Source of the DNA: a virus | Virus record (IMG/VR): IMGVR_UViG_3300017783_000006 | Location: 14,805-78,804 of that record | Length of the DNA stretch: 64,000 nt | Strand: one strand, 5' to 3' | Part shown: piece after piece, positions 1-8,824 of the stretch | How positions within the stretch are numbered: position 1 is the first letter of the stretch | Layout of the letters: each line of letters opens with the position of its first letter | The notes under the pieces: generated by a model | Told to the model about the DNA's origin: nothing | Databases searched by the model: none | The model's input: only the letters and a program-made list of their open reading frames with translations | Program-made: the position numbers and the translations under genes

Positions 1-22
1 TTCATTTCTCGCACTTTTATTT

Positions 23-838
23 TTATTTATCTTGGTTCTGTTTTCTTTGCTTTCTGAGTGCAGCATTAAGTAAATCTCTATGGGAAATAGCACTTTCTTT
101 ACTTCCCTTTCCAGAAACAAGATCTTTTACTTTACCTTCAATTTCATGTGCTCCACCCTTTCTATGATAGACACCTTTCTTTTCTTTAGGGTCAGTAGAC
201 TTCTTTGTTGCCATTAAATTTCTAGGTTGATGTCCATGATAGACACCAATCTTCTCATCTCTGTTTACTCTTTCTTTCCATTCAGAATCACTCATTGATG
301 ATTTCAACTTAGCAGAATGGTGTGTTGGAGTTATATGATGTGCTTCATATCCTCTTTTCTTTATCTTTGCTGTCTTTCTATCTGCCTTATCTCTTTGCTC
401 AGATGAACTAAGACCTTGTATTCTCTCCTTTCTAGCAGCACGCTCTTTTGCACCACCAGACTTTGGTTTTAGTCTCCATTTAGGACTTTCAGTACTTCCT
501 GCATTATTTGCATACATTCCATCAGGAATACCACTATGATACTTCTCTAGTTCTTCTCTAGATGAAAAATGCTTTTGTGCTTCAATTACAAATGCATTAA
601 ATGTTTTTTGTTCTTTCTTTACCTTTCTATTTCTTGATCCTTTAGAGACTCTTTCATTATCAAGATTTCTATCTGCTTCCTTTCTTTTTCGCATCATTCT
701 AGACATGAGTTGATACCCAGGTGCCTCAACATGACCAGAACGTAACATTGCTTCCGGTGAAGATGCAGCATTAGCAGCAAATGCTAATCCTAGAACAGCA
801 TTTGCTGCTTTATCTCTCTTTCTTCCTTCTTCAAGCAT
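23..838 (-). CDS. Basic protein with capsid-targeting-like motif and C-terminal AHH/HNH-like His motif; putative internal head protein/nuclease
   Basis: KTFNAFVIEA resembles the T4 internal-protein CTS MKTYQEFIAE; EAHHITP...RNL...HRKGGAH; ATAAATA late promoter at 862-868. Confidence 0.45.
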   Translation of the reverse strand: MLEEGRKRDKAANAVLGLAFAANAASSPEAMLRSGHVEAPGYQLMSRMMRKRKEADRNLDNERVSKGSRNRKVKKEQKTFNAFVIEAQKHFSSREELEKYHSGIPDGMYANNAGSTESPKWRLKPKSGGAKERAARKERIQGLSSSEQRDKADRKTAKIKKRGYEAHHITPTHHSAKLKSSMSDSEWKERVNRDEKIGVYHGHQPRNLMATKKSTDPKEKKGVYHRKGGAHEIEGKVKDLVSGKGSKESAISHRDLLNAALRKQRKQNQDK

Positions 839-861
839 ATGAATACAAAAAGTCCTCTGAC

Positions 862-868
862 TATTTAT
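862..868 (-). promoter_or_regulatory. T4-type late promoter (ATAAATA)
   Basis: + strand tatttat, about 24 nt upstream of ATG 838. Confidence 0.65.
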
Positions 869-879
869 CTAAGGACATT

Positions 880-1194
880 TTAATCATCAGCAGGAGTAAT
901 AGATTGAATCATTGTTCTTATTCTTTCACGATGTTCTATGACTTTATTTTCAAGATCAATTTTTGCCCAGTTTTTAATCATATCAATCGTTACATTGTCG
1001 AATGAAATAAATTCCTCCTCTGGTGGTCTTTCAAAGGTTACCGTATGAAACATATAAAGTGTTGGTTCTGGATGTTCTTCAATTTCAGCAGGGAAGGAAA
1101 TATCCATACTCACACTTAAAATGAATCCATCAGAACCACCGAATCTAATATCCGAAATTTCACCTTCATATGGTGATGTAACTGCTTCAGTCAT
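880..1194 (-). CDS. Hypothetical acidic protein, possibly tail-fibre-assembly-like
   Basis: 104-aa ORF; FISFDNVT..MIKNW segment; follows a Ser/Thr/Gly-rich structural-type gene. Confidence 0.4.
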   Translation of the reverse strand: MTEAVTSPYEGEISDIRFGGSDGFILSVSMDISFPAEIEEHPEPTLYMFHTVTFERPPEEEFISFDNVTIDMIKNWAKIDLENKVIEHRERIRTMIQSITPADD

Positions 1195-1231
1195 TATTTT
1201 TTCTTTTTAAAATTTATAAGTTTAATTTTAT

Positions 1232-2197
1232 TTATCGCATACCTAAATAAAATCCAGCACCACAAAATGGGCTTGTACCTTGACCCGTTGGATGAAGATT
1301 TGAAATTGTGGGTGCATGTGTTCCGTTAGTATTATCTTGAGAATAACTGATTAGTCTTGATATTGGAGCATTACCACCAGAATTCATTAAGCTATTAAAA
1401 CTAGTAGTTCCTTCACCACTGTAATCTACACCAGTAGGAGATGTTGCAGTAGTCATTGTTGAAGCAAAATAAATTGCTGCCCATGCCCAATCATATCCAT
1501 AAGTATTACCAGGATGGGAAATTACGTTACCAGTTGGACTACTTGCCCCTGCTGTCTGTGATGCAGTCGTACTTGTAATTACCCATTCATGTATTCCCTT
1601 CTGATTACCATCAAACTGAAGTTCAACAAGTACATTCATTAAAGTAAACCCAGTATTTGTTCCATTAAAATGAATGTATAGTGGGTTTGTACTACCGTTC
1701 GCAGGACCGCATAGTGCATAAACATAACAAGAAGGACGTGCGGGACTATAATTACTTGTTGTTGAATTAACTACCGGTGTCCAAGTACTTGCAGTAGTTC
1801 TACTAACGGAAGTAAAATGTGATTGGGTAGTAGGAACATTAGTAGAACAAAAGACAAGTTGTAATTGATTACTAGTTTGGTTGTATAGTCCAGCACCTAC
1901 TCCTGTATTATTACTACTTAGTTCATAATCATAGTTATTAGCATTATACAATCTCCATCCCCAATAACTATTTCCTCTACATGACCCAAGGTCAGATGTT
2001 CGAGAAGTTGTGTATGCTCCAGTAGAAGGATTCCGAAAACCAGAATGATTTGCAAGTCTCACACCTCTGGCGCTGAAATTCCTACTACTTGTCCCCGTCC
2101 AGTTTTCTAAAGTAGAAACACTAAATGGTGTATAACCAGCAGTAGAAATATCAACCTGACCATATGAGGGACCCTGACTTATAGCATTTACACCCAT
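1232..2197 (-). CDS. Ser/Thr/Gly/Asn-rich putative virion or fibre-associated protein
   Basis: 321-aa ORF with beta-rich composition; ATAAATA at 2223-2229 upstream. Confidence 0.5.
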   Translation of the reverse strand: MGVNAISQGPSYGQVDISTAGYTPFSVSTLENWTGTSSRNFSARGVRLANHSGFRNPSTGAYTTSRTSDLGSCRGNSYWGWRLYNANNYDYELSSNNTGVGAGLYNQTSNQLQLVFCSTNVPTTQSHFTSVSRTTASTWTPVVNSTTSNYSPARPSCYVYALCGPANGSTNPLYIHFNGTNTGFTLMNVLVELQFDGNQKGIHEWVITSTTASQTAGASSPTGNVISHPGNTYGYDWAWAAIYFASTMTTATSPTGVDYSGEGTTSFNSLMNSGGNAPISRLISYSQDNTNGTHAPTISNLHPTGQGTSPFCGAGFYLGMR

Positions 2198-2221
2198 ATT
2201 TTTTGATACTTAAGTTATAAA

Positions 2222-2383
2222 TTATTTATTGGTACGATTATTTTTTAATTTTTCTACAAGATACTCAGCAAATGCCTCCATCTTTTCAGGATGAACAGCA
2301 CTAATACCCGAATCTTCTACTGCACTTTCAATACTTTTAATTTCGTTTTTATTTAATTTTTGTTGCTTAGAAGGAAGTGTCAT
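2222..2383 (-). CDS. Small hypothetical protein (53 aa, MTLPSKQQKL...VHPEKMEAFAEYLV)
   Basis: Translated by hand; below ORF-track cutoff; fills intergenic gap. Confidence 0.6.
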   Translation of the reverse strand: MTLPSKQQKLNKNEIKSIESAVEDSGISAVHPEKMEAFAEYLVEKLKNNRTNK

Positions 2384-2469
2384 AACATCTTTACTGGTTC
2401 TCTAAACAGTCTAGCATAGATTTTGTTGAAACCCTGACTTATTTAGATTATCTTCAGATTTATATAATC

Positions 2470-2691
2470 TTACTCACTAATTGGACCCCAGGTTCCACTA
2501 TCACCTTCTGTTCTAGATTCAAGTTTATCTAGGATAACATCAAATGATTGGATATTCTCAAGTTTTTGAATAATTTCTGCAATGCTAGAACATACAAGTG
2601 GACGTTCTTGTCTAGCAGCAAATGCAAGTGCATTTCTAAGGTGAGATTCTGCTTCTTGGAGTGATGCTTCAACGGATTTGCTAAGTGCCAT
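2470..2691 (-). CDS. Cyanophage hypothetical protein
   Basis: 73-aa ORF in tightly packed operon. Confidence 0.7.
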   Translation of the reverse strand: MALSKSVEASLQEAESHLRNALAFAARQERPLVCSSIAEIIQKLENIQSFDVILDKLESRTEGDSGTWGPISE

Positions 2692-2699
2692 AATAAAAT

Positions 2700-3143
2700 T
2701 TATTTAACTGGATATTTTTGAGTTTCACCAACCCGACGTTTTGTTACTGTTTTGCCATTATCAGGTGATTCATAAACCCACCCTCTTTCATAAGCAAGTC
2801 TTACGGGATCATTTCTATCAATGGTCTCATCCTTTGATGTTGCAGGAGTCCATTCATAACCACCTTGTGCTTTAATTTCATCAGATGTCAAATCATCTAA
2901 ATCCTTTTCAAAGTTTAATCTTCCACCACTTCTAAGATATGCTAGTAGGTCAGCAGCATATCCCATTTTTTGTTCAGACAAATTGCGTTCATCTTTTACA
3001 ATATTAAAGATAGTATCAAATACTTCTCTTGCAGTTGCTCCAGATTGCATTGCATCAAAAATACTGTCTTCTAACCTAGAAAGAGAGTAATTTTTGTATC
3101 CTGTACTATTCTTCGTATCCATTTTCTTTGATGTAGTCATCAA
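2700..3143 (-). CDS. Hypothetical protein (true start may be 3122)
   Basis: ORF in operon; overlaps upstream ORF. Confidence 0.65.
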   Translation of the reverse strand: MMTTSKKMDTKNSTGYKNYSLSRLEDSIFDAMQSGATAREVFDTIFNIVKDERNLSEQKMGYAADLLAYLRSGGRLNFEKDLDDLTSDEIKAQGGYEWTPATSKDETIDRNDPVRLAYERGWVYESPDNGKTVTKRRVGETQKYPVK

Positions 3144-3291
3144 GTGCTTCCTCTATCATAATCTTGATTTCTTCAGATGTCAACTCATTTAACCAAGTCC
3201 AATTAGGATCTTTAGAGTCCCACTTGAGACTAAAAGACCCATCATCATTTCTTTGAATATCCAGAGTATCTAATTGTAACTTATTTTCCAT
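3106..3291 (-). CDS. Hypothetical protein
   Basis: 61-aa ORF in operon. Confidence 0.65.
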   Translation of the reverse strand: MENKLQLDTLDIQRNDDGSFSLKWDSKDPNWTWLNELTSEEIKIMIEEALDDYIKENGYEE

Positions 3292-3293
3292 AA

Positions 3294-3497
3294 TTATTCT
3301 TTGAATAAAGGACTATTTTCTCTATTAAATTTATCTATTTCATCAACCTTATCTTGAATTTCTTCCATACATGGTTTACAAAATGCCTGAAACTGATTTT
3401 TATTTATTCTAGTAAAATTCTCCTCAGTTAAATCTTTTACTGTTTGGCACTGGGCACATAATAACTTTATGCACTTACTGCTTTCTTGATTTTCCAT
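3294..3497 (-). CDS. Small Zn-finger-like protein (CxxC...CxxC)
   Basis: CAQC and CKPC motifs. Confidence 0.55.
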   Translation of the reverse strand: MENQESSKCIKLLCAQCQTVKDLTEENFTRINKNQFQAFCKPCMEEIQDKVDEIDKFNRENSPLFKE

Positions 3498-3522
3498 TTT
3501 TATAGAGATATTTCTTTATATA

Positions 3523-3702
3523 TCAACAGTCATCTTTTTTAAATAGTTTACGACATTTTTTTACCTCTTTGAGTTCATCTTTAATCATTTGGTATGCATC
3601 TTCAGCAGTTAATTTCTTTGCCATTTCCATAGCAGTAATAATTTCTACTCTAGTACCAAAGTGTTTGAGTGCTTCTTCAAAACAGTTTAGTTCTTCATAC
3701 AT
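3523..3702 (-). CDS. Small hypothetical protein (59 aa, MYEELNCFEEALKHFGTRVEII...)
   Basis: Translated by hand; start overlaps the talC stop. Confidence 0.7.
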   Translation of the reverse strand: MYEELNCFEEALKHFGTRVEIITAMEMAKKLTAEDAYQMIKDELKEVKKCRKLFKKDDC

Positions 3703-4351
3703 GATTTACACTATCCCAATCTTTTTGAAATTGCTCTAAACCTTTATCAGTCATCACATTATTATACATTTTCCAAAAAACTTTTGGTGGCATAGTACAA
3801 ATATCAGCACCAACACCAGCACATTCTTCTACCTGATAAACCTCACGAACAGATGCTGCAAGGATATTACACATAGTGAATCTACCATCACCAGTAAATA
3901 CATTACGAATCTTTTTAATTAGTTCAATTCCATCTACTGAATTATCAAACCATCTCCCCACAAAAGGAGAGATAAACGATGCTCCTGCATTTTCTGCAAG
4001 AATTGCTTGTGCAACTGAGAATACGAGAGTTACATTTACTTTAAATCCTTCTTCAGCAAGTTTTCTACATGCCTTAAGACCCTCCACAGTGCATGGAACC
4101 TTGATGGTAACATTCCATAGACCTTTGAATGCCTGTGCCTGCTCTACCATCTCCTCTGCGGTATCTGCAACGACCTCAGCAGAGATAGACTCCAGAGTAG
4201 TGAACTCAGCAGAAATTTCTTTAATGACTTCTACTGGGTCACGTCCACTCATTTTAATAAGAGTTGGATTGGTTGTTACACCAGCAAGGAGTTTTGTTTC
4301 ATATGCAGACCTAATTTCATCAATTTCGGCAGTATCTAGAAAAATTTTCAT
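3695..4351 (-). CDS. talC: Transaldolase (TalC/Fsa family), auxiliary metabolic gene
   Basis: MKIFLDTA, GVTTNPTL, TIKVP (Schiff-base Lys), NVTLVFS, ISPFVGR, LAASVR. Confidence 0.97.
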   Translation of the reverse strand: MKIFLDTAEIDEIRSAYETKLLAGVTTNPTLIKMSGRDPVEVIKEISAEFTTLESISAEVVADTAEEMVEQAQAFKGLWNVTIKVPCTVEGLKACRKLAEEGFKVNVTLVFSVAQAILAENAGASFISPFVGRWFDNSVDGIELIKKIRNVFTGDGRFTMCNILAASVREVYQVEECAGVGADICTMPPKVFWKMYNNVMTDKGLEQFQKDWDSVNHV

Positions 4352-4403
4352 AATTAATTGTTTTTGTTGCTCAAATTATATATTACTGGATGGATAATGT
4401 AAA

Positions 4404-5162
4404 TTATGCATAATTATTTACTATCTTATCATGAACAGCATTTAGTTCATTCATCCGTCCATATTTTTTAACATGTATAACTGCATCTTTACCAGTAAAC
4501 TCCTCATATAAGTTTATGAACATTCCAAAGTAATGCCAATGCTGTGGTGGTATGTATTGAGGTGATAAACAAACAAAAATATGATCGTAATTTACTTTTT
4601 GAAGATTATCTTTTATTTCACTCCTTGAATGCATATAGAATTCTTTATCCATACTATCATATATAAACTTAACTTTTTCATGATTTAAGTCAAATTTAAT
4701 ATTAGGATTATGTATCCAAAGAAAACTTTTTAATTTATTCTGTATTTTTAACCATGATCCCCAATTACCCTCATCTAGATAATTTTGATGCTCCGTAAAA
4801 TAATATTCTTTTTCATAACCTTCATATCCATCTTTATGATATCTTCCGTTGATATAATCGTCATGGTGATCAATATGGTATAAATCCATATTTTTATATT
4901 TTTCTTTTTCTAGTTCATATAAAATAGCATCATGCTCATACCCAAATGATACAGAGTGACAAGTTTTAATTGCCTTTAGGAAGGTATTAAAAACAAACAT
5001 CAAATTTCCTTGATCTATATTATATGTTCTGGTATCTGCCAGATTTCCAGAATCTTCCATTTTTTTCCACCTTCCAGTTGGATTTGGATCATATAACATA
5101 TTGTTATAGAAAGAAATATCTGGATACATTATGTAATCAAGATCGATACTTAATACATTCAT
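4404..5162 (-). CDS. UPF0489/arginase-deacetylase-fold-like putative metallohydrolase
   Basis: LSIDLDY, EHDAI, HIDHHDD, DEGNW, CLSPQY motifs; AT-rich. Confidence 0.5.
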   Translation of the reverse strand: MNVLSIDLDYIMYPDISFYNNMLYDPNPTGRWKKMEDSGNLADTRTYNIDQGNLMFVFNTFLKAIKTCHSVSFGYEHDAILYELEKEKYKNMDLYHIDHHDDYINGRYHKDGYEGYEKEYYFTEHQNYLDEGNWGSWLKIQNKLKSFLWIHNPNIKFDLNHEKVKFIYDSMDKEFYMHSRSEIKDNLQKVNYDHIFVCLSPQYIPPQHWHYFGMFINLYEEFTGKDAVIHVKKYGRMNELNAVHDKIVNNYA

Positions 5163-5177
5163 AATTAATTGCTTTTT

Positions 5178-5345
5178 TTAATATTTAACATCATAATCAA
5201 TAATAAATTTGTCTTTCAAGTGCCAATGAATGTCGTCATGCACTTGTTGCATTGCATTGTGTTTGATTGCCCAGTAATCATCATCATCATTGATGAGGAC
5301 AGTGACTTGGGTTTTCACATCAACTCTAATTGCTTTCATTGTCAT
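5178..5345 (-). CDS. Small hypothetical protein (55 aa)
   Basis: Translated by hand (MTMKAIRVDVK...); ATGA overlap with upstream stop. Confidence 0.6.
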   Translation of the reverse strand: MTMKAIRVDVKTQVTVLINDDDDYWAIKHNAMQQVHDDIHWHLKDKFIIDYDVKY

Positions 5346-5869
5346 ACCCAATTTGGTTTTCTGGATTGGTCACGAAGATAATTAGATGCAACCCAAGGTT
5401 TGCTGCTAATGTACATTTTGTAAGCAGTAAAAGTGTCGATGCTTGTGTCATGTTTAAACTCATCTGGCATCGCACGGGTAAAGTTTTCAGCAAGGGTATG
5501 GCAACTTATTGCTTTATCAGCATGTTTATGAAAAATTTTCTTTGCTTCAAACAGAGTTTTAGAACAAGAATGAATCTTACCATATCTATGATGATACTCG
5601 GAAGAAAGAGCACATCCATGTTGAATCAACCATGCAAGATTGTAATGGTTTTTTGCTGCCCAAACAGTACATGGATGATTGCGGAAAGCACCTTTTTTAG
5701 TGCTATATGGGTCACCATCTTTCTTGTGAATTTCACCCCAATTTAGATACCACTTAGAGTAAATGATAGAAATCATTTGACAGCACTCTAAGGGCATTTT
5801 CACAATATGTTTATCAGGAAGAACTCTTGCAGATTGCATAGGGTTATCTGAAGTAACAAAAATGTTCAT
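5342..5869 (-). CDS. Pyrimidine-dimer DNA glycosylase/DenV-like family protein
   Basis: MNIF...DKHIVKMPLE..QM, NHPCTVW, EY..RYGK.H motifs. Confidence 0.75.
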   Translation of the reverse strand: MNIFVTSDNPMQSARVLPDKHIVKMPLECCQMISIIYSKWYLNWGEIHKKDGDPYSTKKGAFRNHPCTVWAAKNHYNLAWLIQHGCALSSEYHHRYGKIHSCSKTLFEAKKIFHKHADKAISCHTLAENFTRAMPDEFKHDTSIDTFTAYKMYISSKPWVASNYLRDQSRKPNWV

Positions 5870-6084
5870 AATGTAAGTTGAATGATTTTAGATAAATCGA
5901 TACATGCGAAAAATGTTTGTATTCCTACAACATCCCACACTTTGATTTTAATAGCAAAGGGAAGCATTAACACTCCCCCAACAAGTCTAAAGCAACATCC
6001 TAGTAATACGTCAACATATAACAAAATGAAATATCCTGTTAATAGAAGAGCACTACCAGTAATTCTAAGTTTTGCTGGTGTCAT
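5866..6084 (-). CDS. Small membrane protein
   Basis: Hydrophobic 72-aa ORF, overlaps neighbours. Confidence 0.65.
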   Translation of the reverse strand: MTPAKLRITGSALLLTGYFILLYVDVLLGCCFRLVGGVLMLPFAIKIKVWDVVGIQTFFACIDLSKIIQLTL

Positions 6085-6421
6085 CCTTTAAATGATGAGG
6101 TTCGTGTGGTCTATCCATGGGTTGAGACTTGGTGTCATCATTCCTAGATAGATTTTTGATTACGATGAAGGCATCCTTATTATATTTGCGAGTACCGTAA
6201 GGGGTTGCCCACTTTTTATTATACTCTTCACCTTGGTGGATACCAGAGACTACTGTGCCACCAATTTCAACTACAACATCATCATAGCAATCCCACCCCA
6301 GTGTAGCAATTACTTCACGAAGTTTTTCATTTACACCTTGATTGCAAAGTGCAGTTGCTTTGCGTGTAGAGAAAATACTCTCATCTAGAACTCTTTCTTC
6401 TGGGTCAAGTTTACCTGTCAT
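6065..6421 (-). CDS. Cyanophage hypothetical protein
   Basis: 118-aa ORF in operon. Confidence 0.7.
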   Translation of the reverse strand: MTGKLDPEERVLDESIFSTRKATALCNQGVNEKLREVIATLGWDCYDDVVVEIGGTVVSGIHQGEEYNKKWATPYGTRKYNKDAFIVIKNLSRNDDTKSQPMDRPHEPHHLKDDTSKT

Positions 6422-6573
6422 TTACCAACTCCATAATCTGGTGCTTTAAGTTCTAGTTCTGCAATAGTTTTATGCAGTTTTCTAATTGCTTCTTTTGCTT
6501 CTGGAGTTTCATCCCACTCCCAGATTTCTTCACGACCTTTACTATCAGTTTTTTTAGATTGTTTTTTGGTCAT
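6418..6573 (-). CDS. Hypothetical protein (start refined to MTKKQSKK)
   Basis: ATGA coupling at both ends. Confidence 0.65.
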   Translation of the reverse strand: MTKKQSKKTDSKGREEIWEWDETPEAKEAIRKLHKTIAELELKAPDYGVGK

Positions 6574-6839
6574 AATTTTCCTGATACTACTCCAGAGTTT
6601 ACCACACGGGTATATAGATGTAAAGTGCCATCTTGTTCGCACTTAAGATGCCAACGTGTCATTGTAATGACATTATCTTTATGCATACCAGTTAACATCT
6701 TTCTTCCCTGTTTTGTCATTGTAGAGAACAAACCAAAACGAGTCTCCCAGACATAAAATACATCATCAATAAGTTCAGCATTATCAGGTAATCCCTGTTC
6801 TTTACATACGGAAAGTTGATCTTTTTCTTGTTCGGTCAT
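6570..6839 (-). CDS. Cyanophage hypothetical protein
   Basis: 89-aa ORF in operon. Confidence 0.7.
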   Translation of the reverse strand: MTEQEKDQLSVCKEQGLPDNAELIDDVFYVWETRFGLFSTMTKQGRKMLTGMHKDNVITMTRWHLKCEQDGTLHLYTRVVNSGVVSGKL

Positions 6840-6845
6840 AGTTCT

Positions 6846-7076
6846 TTAGTTAAATTTAGTACACCAATAACCCCCACGGGGTTTGTCAGCACAAATATAG
6901 ATATTTGATGCTTTATCATTCCAATGCCTTATGACATTTGCCACAATGGCAACATTAGTAACCATGTAAGCAACAACAACAAGGGTGCGTATGCCAGCAA
7001 TAATATCTGCTTCTCTGTTATCTCGTCCATCTTTCCGTCCTAATGCTTTTGCCCAAATTCTCCAATAACTTTTCAT
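6846..7076 (-). CDS. Small membrane protein
   Basis: WRIWAKALG.K.G..D.EAD..A.IRT pattern followed by a TM segment. Confidence 0.7.
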   Translation of the reverse strand: MKSYWRIWAKALGRKDGRDNREADIIAGIRTLVVVAYMVTNVAIVANVIRHWNDKASNIYICADKPRGGYWCTKFN

Positions 7077-7501
7077 TTCCTCTTCACCATTTTATATTCA
7101 GACTTTTTTAACCCCAATCTCTCGATATACTTTAAGGCATAACACTCATCGGTAAAGGAGCAAACTTTTAAATCAGCAAAGTCTTTTCCTTCCATATGAA
7201 ACAACCTTACTGGAAACATTTCGTATGGAAACATTTTTAATTTCTCCTTCGGAATTTTTAACTGATTTGCCCTAGTTGGTTTTCTTACCCTTGTTGATTT
7301 TTTCTTTCTAGTAGTTGTCGGTTTAGCAGAAGTTTTTTTAGGTTCTGCTGCTTTTCTAGTACTACTTGTTGTTTTCTTAGCAGTTGAAGATTTGTTAGTG
7401 GTGGGAGTTGGTTTAGCACTAGTAGTTTTCTTTGGAGTTGCTGGTTTCTTAGCAACAGGTTTCTTTGGAGTAGTTTTTGGTTTCTTCTTTGGTTCAGTCA
7501 T
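7073..7501 (-). CDS. Lys/Thr/Pro-rich (histone-H1-like tail) hypothetical protein
   Basis: About 75-aa N-terminal low-complexity KK/TP/TT repeats. Confidence 0.6.
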   Translation of the reverse strand: MTEPKKKPKTTPKKPVAKKPATPKKTTSAKPTPTTNKSSTAKKTTSSTRKAAEPKKTSAKPTTTRKKKSTRVRKPTRANQLKIPKEKLKMFPYEMFPVRLFHMEGKDFADLKVCSFTDECYALKYIERLGLKKSEYKMVKRK

Positions 7502-7806
7502 TCTTCATCCACCAAATTTTTTACTTTATCAAACACTTCATCTATTGAATAAGTTTTTACTTTACCAGTATCAATATCATCTACCATTTGCATTAGATGT
7601 TCGAGAAATGCTTTAGGATAAACATCGTCCTCACCAAGAGTTTGCCAAAACCATTCTCTACATTCTGTATATGGGTCATCATAATCAAGCACAGTATATC
7701 CATCATAGTTTGATGTCATAAGATCTACCCAGATGTTGAAGGCATGTCTAATATTTCTCCATCCAGTCACCCAACAATGACCTATCCAATACTCATACCA
7801 GTTCAT
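7498..7806 (-). CDS. Cyanophage hypothetical protein
   Basis: 102-aa ORF downstream of a TATAAT promoter. Confidence 0.7.
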   Translation of the reverse strand: MNWYEYWIGHCWVTGWRNIRHAFNIWVDLMTSNYDGYTVLDYDDPYTECREWFWQTLGEDDVYPKAFLEHLMQMVDDIDTGKVKTYSIDEVFDKVKNLVDEE

Positions 7807-7836
7807 AAGTAGCGGTCAGTTTGTTTTCCTATAGTC

Positions 7837-7892
7837 ATTATACAACAAAAATCCACTCTCATGGTGGAGAAGTGGACAGTTTACTGGGTGGT
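7837..7892 (-). promoter_or_regulatory. Putative early promoter: palindromic box plus TATAAT
   Basis: TATAAT 7837-7842; GACAG-N8-GTGGT box 7875-7892, exactly 32 nt away. Confidence 0.7.
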
Positions 7893-7939
7893 CTAAATGG
7901 ACAGTCACGACATCCAGCACCGCAACATCCTCTACTCAT
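7859..7939 (-). CDS. Cys-rich micro-ORF MSRGCCGAGCRDCPFRPPSKLSTSPP (26 aa)
   Basis: ATGA-coupled to upstream stop; CC-x3-C-x2-CP motif. Confidence 0.5.
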   Translation of the reverse strand: MSRGCCGAGCRDCPFRPPSKLSTSPP

Positions 7940-8151
7940 ACAAATGTCTCCTTTACTAGGGAAAAGCATACTGAATTAAATTTACCACATATACCTTTTA
8001 AAGATACTTTTGTGTGCTGAGAATGTACTTCTATTTTTTCAATAATATATTCTTTATCTACTATGCAGGGTGGAAAATCATTATTACCCCACCGTTTTTG
8101 CTCCATGGAGCAACCAAGATATCTTACAGTATCACCTACCTCAAATTTCAC
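7936..8151 (-). CDS. Hypothetical SH3-like small protein
   Basis: MKFEVGDTVRY start typical of small phage beta-barrel proteins. Confidence 0.6.
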   Translation of the reverse strand: MKFEVGDTVRYLGCSMEQKRWGNNDFPPCIVDKEYIIEKIEVHSQHTKVSLKGICGKFNSVCFSLVKETFV

Positions 8152-8348
8152 GACTCTTTGGTGACTTCAACTTTCCTTTCTTCAGTAAATAGATGTTTGA
8201 TATCATCAAAATGAGGAAGATCTTCACGTACAAACAAATCCATAGCACCAAGAATTGCTTTTACGTCATCAATAGTCTCAATTTTGCTCGCATCAAGACC
8301 CCAAAAAGTTTGTACTTCAGTTTCGTTTGTCATGGATTTTAATTTCAT
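8148..8348 (-). CDS. Hypothetical protein
   Basis: 66-aa ORF in operon. Confidence 0.6.
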   Translation of the reverse strand: MKLKSMTNETEVQTFWGLDASKIETIDDVKAILGAMDLFVREDLPHFDDIKHLFTEERKVEVTKES

Positions 8349-8399
8349 CTTTAGTTATTTTAAGTAATTTATAATTCTTTGTCAAGTCGGTTTTCCACA

Positions 8400-8633
8400 C
8401 TAAAACATTCCAGATTCATTCATATAATGAAGTGTATCATGCATGTTACCAAGATGTTTGGCACCAATAGCAACCTGAGGATATGTTGCCTCAGGTCCAA
8501 ACTCTGCTTCAAATGCCCTTTGAGTAAAGTGTTCGTTGAGATTATACTCATGAAACTCTCCACCCATTGACTTAAGTAGTGCTGCGATACGATCACACTC
8601 TTGACTACCGTTAGAATAGATTACTGCTTGCAT
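8400..8633 (-). CDS. Glutaredoxin-like protein (single-Cys SQEC)
   Basis: IYS...C, FG..ATYPQV..G.KHLG; paralogous to 59094-59336. Confidence 0.75.
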   Translation of the reverse strand: MQAVIYSNGSQECDRIAALLKSMGGEFHEYNLNEHFTQRAFEAEFGPEATYPQVAIGAKHLGNMHDTLHYMNESGMF

Positions 8634-8824
8634 GTGTCTTCTTTGTAGGTAATGGTTATTTGTTTGTATACTTCATCTCGATTATCACTATTATATACGT
8701 TACAACGTTCGATCTTAGCATCTAAGATCTTCACTACATTATCTATCTGTAAATTAACTACGAACTCTTTGAATACAGGAGTGAGTCCTATCTTATTAGA
8801 TCCTGGTGTGTTAAAATCATCCAT
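8621..8824 (-). CDS. Hypothetical protein
   Basis: 67-aa ORF in operon. Confidence 0.6.
   Translation of the reverse strand: MDDFNTPGSNKIGLTPVFKEFVVNLQIDNVVKILDAKIERCNVYNSDNRDEVYKQITITYKEDTCKQ

Noticed and set aside
3876-4397. Plus-strand ORFs opposite talC and other minus-strand genes
   Set aside because: They are antisense shadows of well-supported genes with no recognisable motifs.
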